Assembly (NCBI GenBank): GCA_951406725.2 | Contig: OX597816.1 | Location: 102,672,001 to 102,736,000 of the forward strand | DNA from: Octopus vulgaris | Taxonomy: Eukaryota | Length of the DNA: 64,000 nt | Direction of reading: 5' to 3' | Part shown: piece by piece, positions 13,188 through 27,843 of the stretch | How the letters are laid out: the number at the start of each line of letters is the position of its first letter | Numbering within the stretch: position 1 is the stretch's first letter | Position numbers and translations under genes: made by a program | Notes under the pieces: model-generated | What the model was told of the DNA's origin: nothing | Database searches by the model: none | Seen by the model: only the letters and a program-made list of their open reading frames with translations

Positions 13188-13612
13188 ACGTACCTACATA
13201 TGTACATACAATCACACATAATACATACATACATACATACATACATATGTATATGTATATATAAAGATAGATAGATAGATAGATAAATATACAGCATGTA
13301 TGTGTGTATGTGTATGTAGGCATAATATATCATATGACAAACATCAGAAGAAATTGCGGTATTTTCTTAGCAAATTATTATATTTAATAACTTGATTAAC
13401 CATCAAATGTTCCAGATGGAATTCTCATTGGAAACCAAACCGTTTCTAACAAGAAAAGGCCATTTCTGAAGGCTGGGAAGTGCCCAATGGTGTCGGTGTT
13501 GAAGAGAAAGATTTCTCACTGTACTGCGTACCCTCTTCTGCTGTGGGAAATAAATTATTATGAATGTCGATAAATACACACACACACACACGCGTGCACA
13601 CACACACGCGTG

Positions 13613-13643
<31 letters not shown>

Positions 13644-14604
13644 ACGCGTGCACACACACACACACACACACACACGCATAATGTTAATATATATACATAT
13701 ATTTATGTAAATATATACACATAGATATATACATTCGTACATTAATACACACAAACACACGCACACACATACACACACACTCGGATATATACACATAAAA
13801 GTGTATATATTTGTATGACTTTTACGAATGAGATACATGTGTATGAGATAAATATGTATAAATATATACACGCACACACATCCACAGATATATATATATA
13901 TATATATTGGCGTCACCCATATATGTAAATATATCTAAATCTGTATATATATTAAATAATACACATTTTGAATGGATTCTATGTTTTGCCTGTTTGGTTT
14001 TTTCAACCAGATTAATTTGTTTACAAAATTTGAATTGAATCCCCCTCTATACCTTACGTTCATTGGTAAATGTTTTGTTCATATTCAGAAATGCCTAAAT
14101 ATATGTGTTTGAGAGTGAATATGTGTATGTGTGTTTGTATGTGCGTGTGCGTGTTTGTGTGTGTATGTGCGTATGTATGCATCTATCTATTTTTCTCTCT
14201 TTTTTCTTTCTTTCTACATCTATATATATATATACACACATGAAGGTGCGTGGCTAAATGGCTAGGCTATTCGTCTCTCAACCGTAAGGTCGTGAGTTAC
14301 AGAACAATTGAATACCACAGACCAGGCAAGGCATCTCGCCTCCTAATCGTCGACAATGGCAAATGTCGAAATTTCGCCATTATTGCGACTTATCAATACC
14401 GTAATCTCAAAACGAAGTGAATCGTTTGTCTGTGACTTCTATGCAAAGAGAAGGAAGTTTATTTGATGATGTGCTGCAGCGCAGCACATGTGAAAGAAAA
14501 TTAAAGATCCAAATTAAAAGTAGCTCTTGTAATGCAAACATTATTGGTTGCACATACATCGTTTATGTCTTTTGCTTATACGCCAAATATTCGGTGATTC
14601 TGAA

Positions 14605-14724
<120 letters not shown>

Positions 14725-14768
14725 CAAACAAATATACACACGCATACATATATATATTTATATCACTG

Positions 14769-14831
<63 letters not shown>

Positions 14832-15392
14832 AAATAAGCATCCGTACATATAGGTATTTATCTACATTATAAGTGTATGCTTGTGTGAATGTATGTATGT
14901 AAATGTGCTTAAATTCGCGTGCGAGCGTTTGTTGGTGTATTTTCTAAATTTATCATTTCTATTAAATCTTTTGACATCAATCCGCCCTAAACCACTTCTG
15001 TTTCTACGGTACAAACATCCCATTTTAAAATTGTGTAAATTAAATTTTCCTGTGAAAATCTCATGCTATGTGTTAAAAAAAATCAGTTTCGTAATGACAA
15101 ATCATTTTAATATATTTGTCATTATTTTTTATGTTATTTGAAATAGAATGTGTATAGCAACAGAACTTTGGTAGCAAAACGTTGCTTTATAAGTAATATC
15201 TCTTTTCAAGTCTTGTCACATTGTTGTCGAAAATAAAAAAAAAATGTATTCTATTGTTCAGAACTGCACTGAAAAAATGTCTTAAAATACTAGTTGTTCA
15301 TGCACACATATTTATATACATACATAGAGACAAACTCTCTCTCTCTCACACACACACACACACATTCATATCCAGTCATCCATTCATCCAAC

Positions 15393-15455
<63 letters not shown>

Positions 15456-15471
15456 ATACATACGCACACAT

Positions 15472-15575
<104 letters not shown>

Positions 15576-15890
15576 TGTGTGTGTGTTTTTGCTATATATT
15601 CTGGGTTTTTTTTCTTTCCCAAATTTTATTCTATATTTACGTGGGAAAAATAACTCGAGCTAAATAGTTTCTACATGGTTGCTGGACTTGCTTATGATTA
15701 GCAGTGTAATATATTTCATATATATATATATATATATATACATACATACATACATATATATATGTGTGTGTGTGTATGTGTGTGCGCGTGCGTGCGTGTG
15801 TGTATGGGTGTGTGTTTGCGTGTGTGTGTGTGTGTGTGTGTGTTTGTGTGTATGAGTGTGTGTGTGCGTATGTGTAGAAGATATATATAC

Positions 15891-15990
15891 TTGGCTGTGT
15901 AGTAAGAACCTTGTTATCCAACTACATTGTTCCGGGTTCAGTCCCACTGAGTGAAATTTTGGGCAATTGTCTCCTACTATTGCCTCGGGC
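15891..15990 (+). mobile_element. 5' fragment of SINE family B
   Basis: tggctgtgtagtaagaacc...gttccgggttcagtcccactg...ttgggcaattgtctcctactattgcctcgggc matches the head of 41663-42116. Confidence 0.8.
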
Positions 15991-15994
15991 GTGC

Positions 15995-16051
<57 letters not shown>

Positions 16052-16204
16052 TTTTAATGCTACTTATGAAATATATGAATTGTAATGTTATATGCCCAGG
16101 GTACTCAGTGTAGTGGTGTTCAGATCCGATGTCGTTAATTACACTAGTCTATAACATGACCGTTGGTCGATCTCTATCTTACTCTATTAACTCTGTTGTA
16201 TCTC

Positions 16205-16520
16205 ATTCTTTCTTCTATATGTTGATGGCTTTCAAAAATTCTTATATCTAACCAGTTGTCAAGAACAGAAACTCTGAAAAACTGCAAAGCAGTTACGACA
16301 ACCTAGTCTCTTTCATCAACTTATACAGGATCTATATAGCTTACATCTATAAGGAGGCAGACTTGTACTCCACATTCCGTTATACACGAGGAACACTAAT
16401 CTAAACCATTTCAAATTGTTACATATATTATCAATTGATCACAAACTATTTGTGAAAAGAGCAACCAGAAAGCTTGGATTCTTGTTCTGGCCAAGAAAAT
16501 ACTTCTACTCTGATCTTTAA
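16205..16520 (+). mobile_element. Highly decayed jockey/CR1-type LINE RT fragment
   Basis: YVD- (YADD-like) near 16218 and V-K-R-A-T-R-K-L-G-F-L-F-W-P-R-K-Y-F at ~16452-16505, resembling the conserved A..KLG.L.R...YF motif after the RT. Confidence 0.55.
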
Positions 16521-17334
16521 TGTGTTTCATTGCCACAACCCACAAACTGAAGAAACCTTTTCAGAAATGCAAAATTGTTTGTTTTTCTTTCTGTTACCTA
16601 TGTTGAGCATACAAAAGCTGTATATACATTATTTTCTTACCTCTTCATCGGATTAAGCAATAAAAAAAAGCTTTATCTTAAGCTGGAGGTAACCGCTAAT
16701 ATATTTTGAATAAACTATTATACTAAATTGAGGTATAGAGTCTAGAAATCTATGGGAAAACAGTGAAAGCTTTTCAGCTGAGAGTGGTTTGGAAAATAAT
16801 AAAATCGCGTACTTCTGACCAGACTGCAATCCATCAAATATCTTGGTCGTGTGTAATTCAAAGACACACAGAATGCCGGATTTTAGGCGAAATCGAATCC
16901 CAAACGAACGGAAAAATTTGACGACAGAAAAACATCATGCATGTTAAGGTTGTTTGTGAGAAAAAAAGAATGTTTCATGTTTCGGTTTGAGTTTTTTAAT
17001 GGAGTATATAAACACAAGAAATTTTATCTTTGTCATATTTGGCTAGCTAGAGTGCTTTCTTCTTACATGCAGCAGAACTATTTGAAAAGCAATTTTATCG
17101 AACTTGGAGTTAGATGCAAAAGTTAATAGCAGGTAATGCAGAGAATAATAGAATAAAGAATGAGAGAATAGAAAATTAGGGAGATAGCTGGAATAAATAG
17201 AGTGAAGGCAGAGTGAGATTTAGTTTTTACTCTATTGGTTCTTGTCAATACACGTCTCTACTGTAAGCTTCGCTGGAAAGATTTGACAAAATTGTAGCGG
17301 AATTCATAAACCATTGAGCAATTGTGTTATGGAT

Positions 17335-17545
17335 GGTTGTGTTTAACCCCAGGTCATTGCACACCGAGCAAACTAATGATCGAAAGTGCTTACTCCATGG
17401 CAGCACTGTTCTTCTCTTGGTCAATGCAAAACTAGAACTGCATTATCCAATGTCTTTCCATTATAACTTTTCGCAGCTGTAAAGTGTAATTTGAGGGAAA
17501 GTTGACAGCTATTTCTAACAGTTCGAGCAACCTCATAAAGACACC
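17335..17545. repeat. Copy of a third dispersed repeat family (family C: gtttarccccaggtc ... atttgagggarr.ttggctgctatttctagcag)
   Basis: Related degraded copies at ~2783-2850, 3300-3490, 5860-6300 (split by the SINE), 37555-37760 and 40610-40810, and in reverse at ~22600-22700, 34940-35040 and 60285-60490. The last ends in (CAA)n, suggesting a SINE read on the opposite strand. Confidence 0.65.
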
Positions 17546-17729
17546 CTTATTACTTCACCGTGGGGACAAACAAAGTAAGTGACTGGGAATAGGGTTTATA
17601 ATTCAGTAAAGGAGACGCAGGAATATTGGACGCCTTCGTTAAAAGGAATTCTCAATGAATGCATATAATGTCCTGCTCGGCAGACATGCAAATGATGAAA
17701 GGATATTCATGTCAAGTTTGCGTGTGTAT

Positions 17730-17806
<77 letters not shown>

Positions 17807-18055
17807 GAGAGAGAGAGAAAGTGAGAGAGACTGAGAGAGAAACGGTAAGTTGGATGGACACAAAGGTGTTTGGAGCGTGCAATATGTATAGAAGGAAATA
17901 AAAGTGAAAGTGGCGTGTCGAGAGGGCAACTCGAAGGTGTGAATGGATCCGGTCTGTGTGGAACTGGGAGATAAAAGAAATAACAATGTCCTGTTAAAAG
18001 GGAAGCAGAAAATGCCATGCTCGACGTAAGGGATGATATGGAGCTTAGTAACAGT

Positions 18056-18133
<78 letters not shown>

Positions 18134-18343
18134 GTGGATGTAGGAGAGGGGAATTAATGATGCGTGGAAGGAAATCTGGTGAGCTTTGGGATGGATACTG
18201 CAAGGGAACACAAAGGAACTAGGGCTTTAGAAGTATAACAATAAAATTTTCTGTGGATGGCTAAGCTAAGCTGTAACATGCATTCTAAGCAAAATTTGCT
18301 CCATCATTAACATGCAGAAACAAATATGTATGTTTGTGTGTGG

Positions 18344-18378
<35 letters not shown>

Positions 18379-19441
18379 AGTGACTGGATGAAGTTAAGAA
18401 AAATGAAAGCGATATCAGATGTATGCAGGCTTAAGGAAAGGAGACAAAGGACGAGAGAAACAGTTTAGCCTTCGCTGTCTGGGTGTAAAATACTTGCTGG
18501 GAAATCAAAAATCAAAAAAGGCCTAACAATAAACCAATGGTCATAAGCATCAATATGACAACAAATCAAGGAAAGACTTGAGAATGGGAAATGCGATGTA
18601 ATAGAAATAAAACCAGATGGGGCAAAATAAAAAGAAAAAAGGAAAATGGCTGCTATTGAAAATAGAGAAAGAATGCATTGAGCTGGGATTCCAAATATCA
18701 TAGAAGATAAAAAAAATTGTCATTGCTAGGAAAGTTATCTTTATATATATAAAACTGAGAATGTGTGTCTGTCTGTCTGTCTGTCTGTGTGTACCCAACC
18801 AATTTCATTCAAATTTTACACATGCCTTACTTAGGGTCCATGTAGTTTCATGGGCAAAAAACAATGTTCAACTTCTTGCCTAGAGCGAGCCCATAGCAAT
18901 ATCATATCTTCTCCACTATTTCAGTATTACGTGTTAAAAGTGAAACAAAAATATTTCTCTATTTTATGGTTGTGGAGCACTGCATTAAAGGCAAAGCTGA
19001 CTATGATGTGATTTGAACTCAGTTCATAAGAAACAGGAAAAATATCGCAAGACAATTTTACCTGATGCTCTTAACGATTCTGCTAATTCAGAATAATAAT
19101 TAAATATATTCTTAATTTCTAACATGGTGTCAAATTTGAGGGGAGGACTACAACGAATTCAATCAACCACAGAACATGACTAGTGCTTGGTGGTATAGAT
19201 TTTGGAATAATGAGTTGGGTATGTATGTATGTGCAAATTTGTATGTCTTATGTATGTATTCTCATGCATATAGTTGCATGTCTAGACATGCTCACATATA
19301 TTTAAATGATAATCTGGAAAGTTTTACAGATTTTTACAATTCCAGCATGCATGTATGTATGTATGTATGTATGTATGTATGTATGTATGTATGTATGTAT
19401 GTATGTATGTATGTATGTATGTATGTATGTATGCATGCATG

Positions 19442-19491
<50 letters not shown>

Positions 19492-20709
19492 AACCCTAAT
19501 ACGGACCCCTACATCCAATCTCAGCTGTGAACTTGGAACCTAATAGACGACCAGCTTTTACACTTACTCAGCGTACCTATTCGTTTAGATCACCAGTGAA
19601 ATAAACCCCGTATGTATGTATGTATGTATGTATGTATGTATGTATGTATGTATGTATGTATGTATGTATGTATGTATGTATGTATGTATATGACGAGAAG
19701 GAGACGGCATTGACGATATCGCTGTATTTTCTGAGTAGTTAAAAAAAAATGAGATACTTCTCGAAGTACAAGGGATGAAACGGCAAAAATTCTAAGCGAT
19801 TCGGTTTTTGTAGAACTTTGAAGTCAGTGGTTCAGAGATTGAGTCGTCGTTTGAGGCAGCGTTGGTTGTATGTGATTGAATCCAATGCCATGAATATAAA
19901 TGGCAGCCAAAGATACGCTGCTTGAACACAGAGGAATCGGCTCAAAGACTAACTGAATTGAGTAAATGAATGTGTGTGTATGTATGTATACATCGTATTT
20001 ATGTATGTATGTATGTATGTGTGTGTGTCTGCGTGTGTGTACATATATGTGTGTGTGCATATGTTTCTCTGTGTCCGAGGGAGAGAGAGATGAGAGTGGG
20101 AAGAGAAGAGAAGAAAGGAAAACGTGACAACGCTATACCACATGAATGTTTGCATATATCATACGCATATATATATATATAAAATATTATGCATACTCAC
20201 ACACACACATATATATACGCATATATACATACATGTATATACATATACATACACATATATATACATATATATATATATGTATATATTTTATAAGCATGTA
20301 TATATGTATGTATGTATCTATCTATATGTATCTATATGGATATAGATATACATACATAGACATATATTAAATAATTTTAGATGTATATATTTAATAAACA
20401 TACATTTAATATCGCAGTGTCTGTCAAGAGGTCGAATGGTTAAAAAACTAGGCTCTCCCTTCTCCTTCCTTCTCACTCTGTCTCTTTCTCTCTCTCTCAC
20501 TCTCTTTTATTTTTTCTCTCTTTCTATCTCTCACTCTCTGTCTCTCTCTGCTCAACGGAATAGAGAAATGCTCTACAAGAGCAGTTTCATCCGGTTTTTA
20601 GTGACTCCTTAAGATTTCCTGGCCCGTGCTGCCGCATAGAGGTAGTGAGAGCTAATATGCACTTATCAAAAGAACATTTATTGCGTCGATTTCATACAGT
20701 TGCATATAT

Positions 20710-20862
20710 TCTCCCTCTCTCTTTATTTTCTCTTATTCCTTTCTGTTGAAGAGCGTAGGCTCGAAACGTAAAAGATTTTCTCACTTTCCCGAGCGTCAGA
20801 ACCATACAACTGCATGTTGTTCATACACCTGCCTTCGTCTTTTGTCTTTCTGTAAATTTCAA

Positions 20863-20863
<1 letters not shown>
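20710..20863 (+). mobile_element. Short hammerhead-bearing Penelope-like terminal-repeat element (sister family), 3' end abutting (TA)n
   Basis: Hammerhead at 20739-20774, then ttcccgagcgtc...ttgttc...T-rich tract...ttcaag, then (TA)n. Same layout as 12312-12490. Confidence 0.75.
20739..20774 (+). ncRNA. Minimal type I hammerhead ribozyme (A6U variant core)
   Basis: cttt CTGTTGA A GAGC-gtag-GCTC GAAAC GTA aaag: stem I cttt/aaag, 4-bp stem II, palindromic ACGT stem III, GUA site. Confidence 0.7.
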
Positions 20864-20898
<35 letters not shown>

Positions 20899-21051
20899 GC
20901 ACACACGAACGCACACACACACACACGTACACGTAACATACACATATATGTGAATAGTGGTTTGGAGCAATGGATCTATCACACAATTGTTTTTACTGTT
21001 ACTAGTTATAGCACTCCTCTCCACTACTATAACCACCCCACCCCACCACCT

Positions 21052-21109
<58 letters not shown>

Positions 21110-21506
21110 AACTACTGCTGCTGCTGATGCTGCTGTCACTACTGCTGTTGCTGCTGTCACCACTGCTGCTGCCACTGCTGCTGCTGTTGCACTGCTGCGA
21201 CTACGTCGGCTGTAGATACCACAAGAACTATGACATTACCATTATTACTACAACTACAACTGCTTCTATTGTTGTTGTTGTTGTTGTTGCTTATGATGCT
21301 GATGATTCTACTCACACATACACACACACATAAGCACACACAAACACACACACACATACACACTCATACACATACACACAGATATACAATTTCTTTTTGG
21401 AATTGTGAACCTCGAAGCAGATAAAGCTACAAATAATAGCGTCCTTTGGAGAGAAAAGTCAAAGGCTGCATGCATAATACATATACATACATGTGTTTGT
21501 ATGTGA

Positions 21507-21559
<53 letters not shown>

Positions 21560-21865
21560 AATGTCACCACCATTGCTATTGATGAAGATAAGAAACCTTT
21601 GATCACACATTTACTATTGTCTCCACCCTGATACTATTTCACACAATACTTCCAGTGCCATTCCCCTCTCTGAAATATCACTGGAATTATCTCCTTTCAT
21701 TTCAAAGTAATCCATCCAACACTGCCACGACCACATTTTTACCATTTACTCTGACTTCTTCCCTCTTGACTGACCCTACGTGGTTACACTATCTGTTAAA
21801 TATAACAGCTACATATCCAATTTTTACGTTTTTATGCATACCATCAAATTAGTTCATAATATCAT

Positions 21866-22562
21866 TTTCTACTCTAGGTACAAAGCTCGAGGTTTTGGAG
21901 TAGGTGGTACTTGATTTATCGACCCCGAAAGGATGAAAGGCAAAGTCGACTTCGGCAGAATTTGAACTCAGAACGTAAAGACAGACGAAATACCTATTTC
22001 TTTACTACCCACAACGGGCTAAACACAGAGAGGACAAACAAGGATAAACAAACGGATTAAGTCGATTATATCGACCCCAGTGCGTAACTGGTATTTATTT
22101 AATCGACCTCGAAAGGATGAAAGGCAAAGTCGACCTCGGCGGAATTTGAACTCAGAACGTAACGGCAGACGAAATACGGCTACGCATTTCTCCCGGCGTG
22201 CTAACGTTTCTGCCAACTCGCCGCCTTATTAGTCCATGATATTCTATGAGATCACACAGTCTTGTTTGGAACATCTCTTATCAAAGATCCACTCCATGAG
22301 GATTGACTCAGGGTAGAGGTGAGTGTACACAACAGCAATAATAATAACGGTTTCAATTTTTGGCACAAGGCCAGCAATTTCAAGGGAGGGGCTAAGTCGA
22401 TTAGATCGACCTCAGTGTTCATCTGGCACTATTTTATCAACCCAGAAACGATGAAATGTAAAGTCGACCTCGGCGGAATTTGAGCACACAGCATAAAGAT
22501 GAATGAAATGCCGTTAATTCATTTTGCTCGGCGTGCTAGCGATTATGCTAGCTCATCCCCTT
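21866..22562 (-). mobile_element. Cluster of family A SINEs, including a young tail-i copy (21995-22227) fused to a headless tail-ii copy
   Basis: The core gaaaggatgaaaggcaaagtcgac occurs three times in the same orientation; head ctcgccgcctt ends at 22227. Confidence 0.9.
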
Positions 22563-22905
22563 CACAACAGTAATAATAATAATTATAACAATGAGGCAGC
22601 AATCATGTGGTTTCTCTGCCTCCTAGAAATAATAGTGAAATCTCTTTAAATTACATACATGTGCCCTCTCGAAGAAGAAGGCGCATTGATTAACTAGAAT
22701 CTAAAGGACAGCTTGTTCATAGGCGATCTTCAATAGCAAAGGCATAAAGGCCACAAATCCAAGCACAAACACCATGTGCCCAAAATGTAGCAGTTATTAC
22801 CTTGGCAGTATTATCAACTTCATCAGTCCTTTACGAACACAGAAAAACCAATCAAGGACTTAGCGGAAGTTATGTTCTTCATCGATCACCGGTGGATGAT
22901 GATGA

Positions 22906-22954
<49 letters not shown>

Positions 22955-23426
22955 GCATAAGTATGGCTTTATATCAAACATAAGTAGACAAGCATTTTTT
23001 AAATATGTACTTATGAGATAAAATACAAGCGTACACACAAAAATATTCTTAAGTTATACGCTTTAGATATTTTAACCGTTTATTCCCAAGAAATAAACGA
23101 AAATCAATTTAACGACCTTTTTTTCCGAAATGATTAAAATGTCCCTTAGACGATGCTCTAACTTTAGTTTCAACTCAGTTACAGATCATGTCATTTGCCA
23201 AATAAATACAACTCTGTAACTCTATATATTTTCTGTGTCATATACATTCATTAATTGCATTATAAATGAACAGTGTTATGTTTCATGTATATTACTTATT
23301 CATATTGTGTATAGTTTATTTGAAAGAAGATATACACATCTGTTTGAAACAAGATATACTACATTGCAGCTCTCATATATATCAACGTATGTGGACGCGT
23401 ATGTACATAGATTAGTACATACATAC

Positions 23427-23474
<48 letters not shown>

Positions 23475-23902
23475 GTATATATATATGCACGTAAATACAC
23501 ATACACACAACTGATAAATTCATTGTCATTTCTTTCATAAAAATCCATTTGATGTGTGTTAAGTTTATCAACAGCAAAAACAAATATAAGCCGGTGGTGA
23601 ACTCTCCCCAAAATATTCATTTCTTTTTGAATCTCCATGCACTCTCAGAATCGTTGCTCAACAAAAAACCTTGATAAGAGATGCTCTGTATGCCATGACA
23701 AAAGATATGCATGGATTTGTTTCTAAACTTGAGATGAAGTGTAGCTTCTTTTAGACTCTCGGCTGTTATATGCGACGTCATATTTCGAAGTTGGTGCTTT
23801 TGCAAATTAAGGACAAGAGATAATTACAAAATATCTGTTGGACAAAAGTCACAGAGAAGTCTTTAAATCCATTTATATGTAAAACATGAATATTGGTATA
23901 TT

Positions 23903-23934
<32 letters not shown>

Positions 23935-24015
23935 TGTATGTATGTATGTATGTATGTATGTATGTATGTATGTATGTATGCATGCATGTATATATGCACG
24001 TTTGTATGTGTGTGT

Positions 24016-24068
<53 letters not shown>

Positions 24069-24391
24069 CATACATACATGCAAAAATATATATGCATATA
24101 CTCACACGCACGCACGCACATGTAAATATGTATACGTGTGTGTGTACATGTGTGTGAGAGCGTGTGTGTGTGTCTGCACGTGAGATAGGTCACATGTACG
24201 CTATGATGTTCCGTGCATTGAATGTATGACTATTCTGTGATAGTGAGAATATAAAGCAAGTGGACCGGCTGGCCAGTTCAATGGTTAAATGTTGTTGATC
24301 GATATTGATTTATTTGATCTATTTTTGCATAAGCACGTGATCGGTTTTGTGACAGAATGGATAGTACAATCGATTGAATTTTATCTAAGTA

Positions 24392-25035
24392 TCAGGTCAT
24401 CCCATAAGTTCTGTCCGAATTTTGAATAAAGAAAACAAGTGATCAAGTGTTATATTTAATTGAAATTTAATCGTCAATGTACTTTCCTTGATTATCTATG
24501 ACTTCCTTCCATCTATTTACAAGCTTTTTAATCCCATCAATGTAAAACTCCTTTGGTTTCAAAGCGAAGAACTCTGAAATATCAGTTTCTACCTCCTCCT
24601 GGCTTGCGAAAGTTATGACTCCCAAATGGTTCTGTAAACTACGAAATAAATGGTCGTCTGAAGGGGCAAGGTCGGGAGAATAAGGTAGATGAGGAATTTT
24701 TACCCAACCAAGCTCTTCGATCTTCTGTGATGTGGTCTTTGCAGTGTGGGGTCGCGCATTGTCCTGATGAAACATCACTCCTCTTCGATTGACTAAAGCG
24801 GGTCTTTGATTCGAATGCTCTAATTGCTGATAGTAGCATTGATTGTTGCATTAGGTGGTAACAATTCAAAGTGAATTACTAATTTGCAATCCCACCAGAT
24901 AGAGAGAAAAAAAATTTGCCCAATGAAGTTCCCTTCTTGGTTGTGGTTGAACTTTTTCCCTTTTACCAAGCCACTGTTTATGACATTTAACATTTCGATA
25001 GAAGATCCTTTTTCATCACCAGTCACAAGTCTATT
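24392..25035 (-). mobile_element. Mariner (DD34D) transposon remnant: frameshifted catalytic domain plus one terminal inverted repeat
   Basis: TGDEK (25026-), WWD, HQDNARPH...PYSPDLAPSD.HLFRSL with 34 residues between the 2nd and 3rd Asp, and the C-terminal GIKKLVNRW.EVI..QGKY. TA then tcaggtcatcccataagttctgtccga at 24390-24418. N-terminus and second TIR are absent. Confidence 0.92.
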
Positions 25036-25748
25036 AATCTACCTAATCTCAGAATCTTCATGGAAAGAAACTATTAGCTCTTATTTAAAGTACTGTGTAC
25101 ATTGAATGATATTTATCTCTCACCGGATGGCATTCTTTTTTGTTCATCCTAACTCAAAGAGACATGCATACACATAGAATGGATAATATACATCTATTTA
25201 TTCAAGGCTCGCATATGATTCGGATAAGTTTTGGTGGGAGTTCCGTTGTTCAATCGTATCAATAGATAGATCTGTCTGTCTGCATGCATGTGTGTATGAG
25301 TGCACGTATGTGTATGTATACCTCAGCGCTTACAAATCTCTGAGCAATGCGGAGTACGTTAACGAATAATTATGCATATATGTATATATATATATGTGTG
25401 TGTGTGTGTATATTTATGTGTAAATATATATATACATTCACATATACATACATAGATACATACATATATATATATATAATATCTTTACAAACACCCACAC
25501 AAAACACTCACTCAAACACCTGCCCACACAAACGCACACACGCGTACAGATATGCACACTTAGGCATACATATACAAGGTCTCTCTTTCATGCGAGTGAT
25601 GTATGTGCGTGCGCACACGCATGCACACACATACACACGCACAGTCACAAACAAGCACACACACAAAAGGAATCCTTGAATATCGATTAAACAATTGGAA
25701 ACCAATAATGATTCTGGCTTCTTAGTTTGTTTCATAGATACAAACTAT

Positions 25749-25804
<56 letters not shown>

Positions 25805-25856
25805 ATGTATCACCTAGTTGTCCGGATGATTTGCGTTTTTGTCCCATTTTCTATTT

Positions 25857-25916
<60 letters not shown>

Positions 25917-26209
25917 ATATATATATATATATACAAATTAATATATGTGTGTTTGCATATGTATACATATACATATATACAAATATATATATAATATATA
26001 TATGTATATACATATATATATGTATATATATATATGCATGTGTGTGTATGCATGCATCTATATATACATACTTATAGGCATATATATACATATATATATG
26101 TTCATATATATATATGCACATATATATATTTATATGTATATGCATATATATATATATATATTTATATGTGTATGCATATATATATATATATATATATGTG
26201 TGTGTATGC

Positions 26210-26240
<31 letters not shown>

Positions 26241-26343
26241 TATATATATATATTTATATATATTTATATATATATTTATATATATTTATATATATATATA
26301 TATTTATATATTTATATATTTATATATTTATATATATATATAC

Positions 26344-26393
<50 letters not shown>

Positions 26394-26525
26394 GCATGTG
26401 TGTGTGTGTGTATAACCTCGGCGCGCCATTGCTCTTCTTGTTCTACGATCAAAAGCATTCCATTTATGAATAACCAGTTTTTCTTTCGGACATAGAGAAT
26501 CTAGAAATACATTAACTAATGTGTG

Positions 26526-26582
<57 letters not shown>

Positions 26583-26594
26583 GTCGCCATCAAT

Positions 26595-26698
26595 AAAGTG
26601 CTGAACTGGCAGAATCGCTACCGCGCTTGACAAAATACTTAGCTAAACCTCTGACTATTTTTACGTTGTTCTGCGCTCAAATTCTTCCGAGGTCGACT
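26595..26698 (+). mobile_element. Degraded 5' part of a family A SINE following (ATT)n
   Basis: gaactggcagaatcgcta...aaatacttagc...acgttgttctgcgctcaaattcttccgaggtcgact. Confidence 0.7.
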
Positions 26699-26781
26699 TC
26701 TTCGTCAGATACATAGGAAAAGGAAAGATCCAGAGAAGGGAAGACGGAGGGAAAAAAATCGCCAACGGTACACACGCGGGC

Positions 26782-26783
<2 letters not shown>
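26699..26783 (-). mobile_element. Upstream half of the hammerhead element family of 12312-12490, broken inside the ribozyme
   Basis: cttcgtcagatacataggaaaaggaaagatccagagaagggaagacggagggaaaaaaa aligns with 12433-12490; the other end abuts (TA)n. Confidence 0.8.
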
Positions 26784-26863
<80 letters not shown>

Positions 26864-27001
26864 CATGTATATATATGTATATATACACATATATATATAT
26901 ATATATTTATGTATACATATATATATATATATATATAGGTATGTATGTATGTATATATATACGTGTGTATATATATACGTATGTATGTGTGTATATATAT
27001 T

Positions 27002-27046
<45 letters not shown>

Positions 27047-27047
27047 G

Positions 27048-27099
<52 letters not shown>

Positions 27100-27266
27100 T
27101 ATGCCGGAGCACCACCTTCAACGATTTTCGTCCAACAAACTGAATCCAATTTATATATATAGGCGCACATCTATGGAAAGCATTTGGCGAATGGAAGGAT
27201 TCTTTGGCAACATATACATACATCCGAACTTATCTATCAATCTGTCTATCTATCTATACACATACA

Positions 27267-27306
<40 letters not shown>

Positions 27307-27787
27307 TATCTATGTATATATACATGTATGTATGTATCTATGTACGTGTGTATGTATATTATAATAGTGTTTTATATTTTATGGCGAAGACCATGACTCA
27401 CAGTGTTATGGTCATATTTTTGTTTTGTCATTAGGTACGTGTGTGAGTAAATTTGTGACACATGTTTTTTCTCTGTATGAATTCACAAACTCACTCTCAC
27501 ACACACAGGCACACACACACATACATACATACATACATATGTATAGTTAGACATATAGGTAAGACATATAAATGTATGATATACAAGTACATACATTTAT
27601 ATGTCTGCTAGAGTGTGTGGGAGTGTGTGTGTATGATTGCATATTTATGAAAATATGAACATGTGTGTGTATGTACAAATATCATCTATTTATTTATCTA
27701 TCTATCTGTATGTATGTATATATGTGTGTGTGTGTATGTGTATAAAAGATATTTTATGTATATATGTGTATATACACATGCATATAT

Positions 27788-27843
<56 letters not shown>

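Noticed and set aside
19805-19878. Possible exon after tttttgtag (NFEVSGSEIESSFEAALVVCD*)
   Set aside because: No recognisable homology, no convincing donor and no partner exons.
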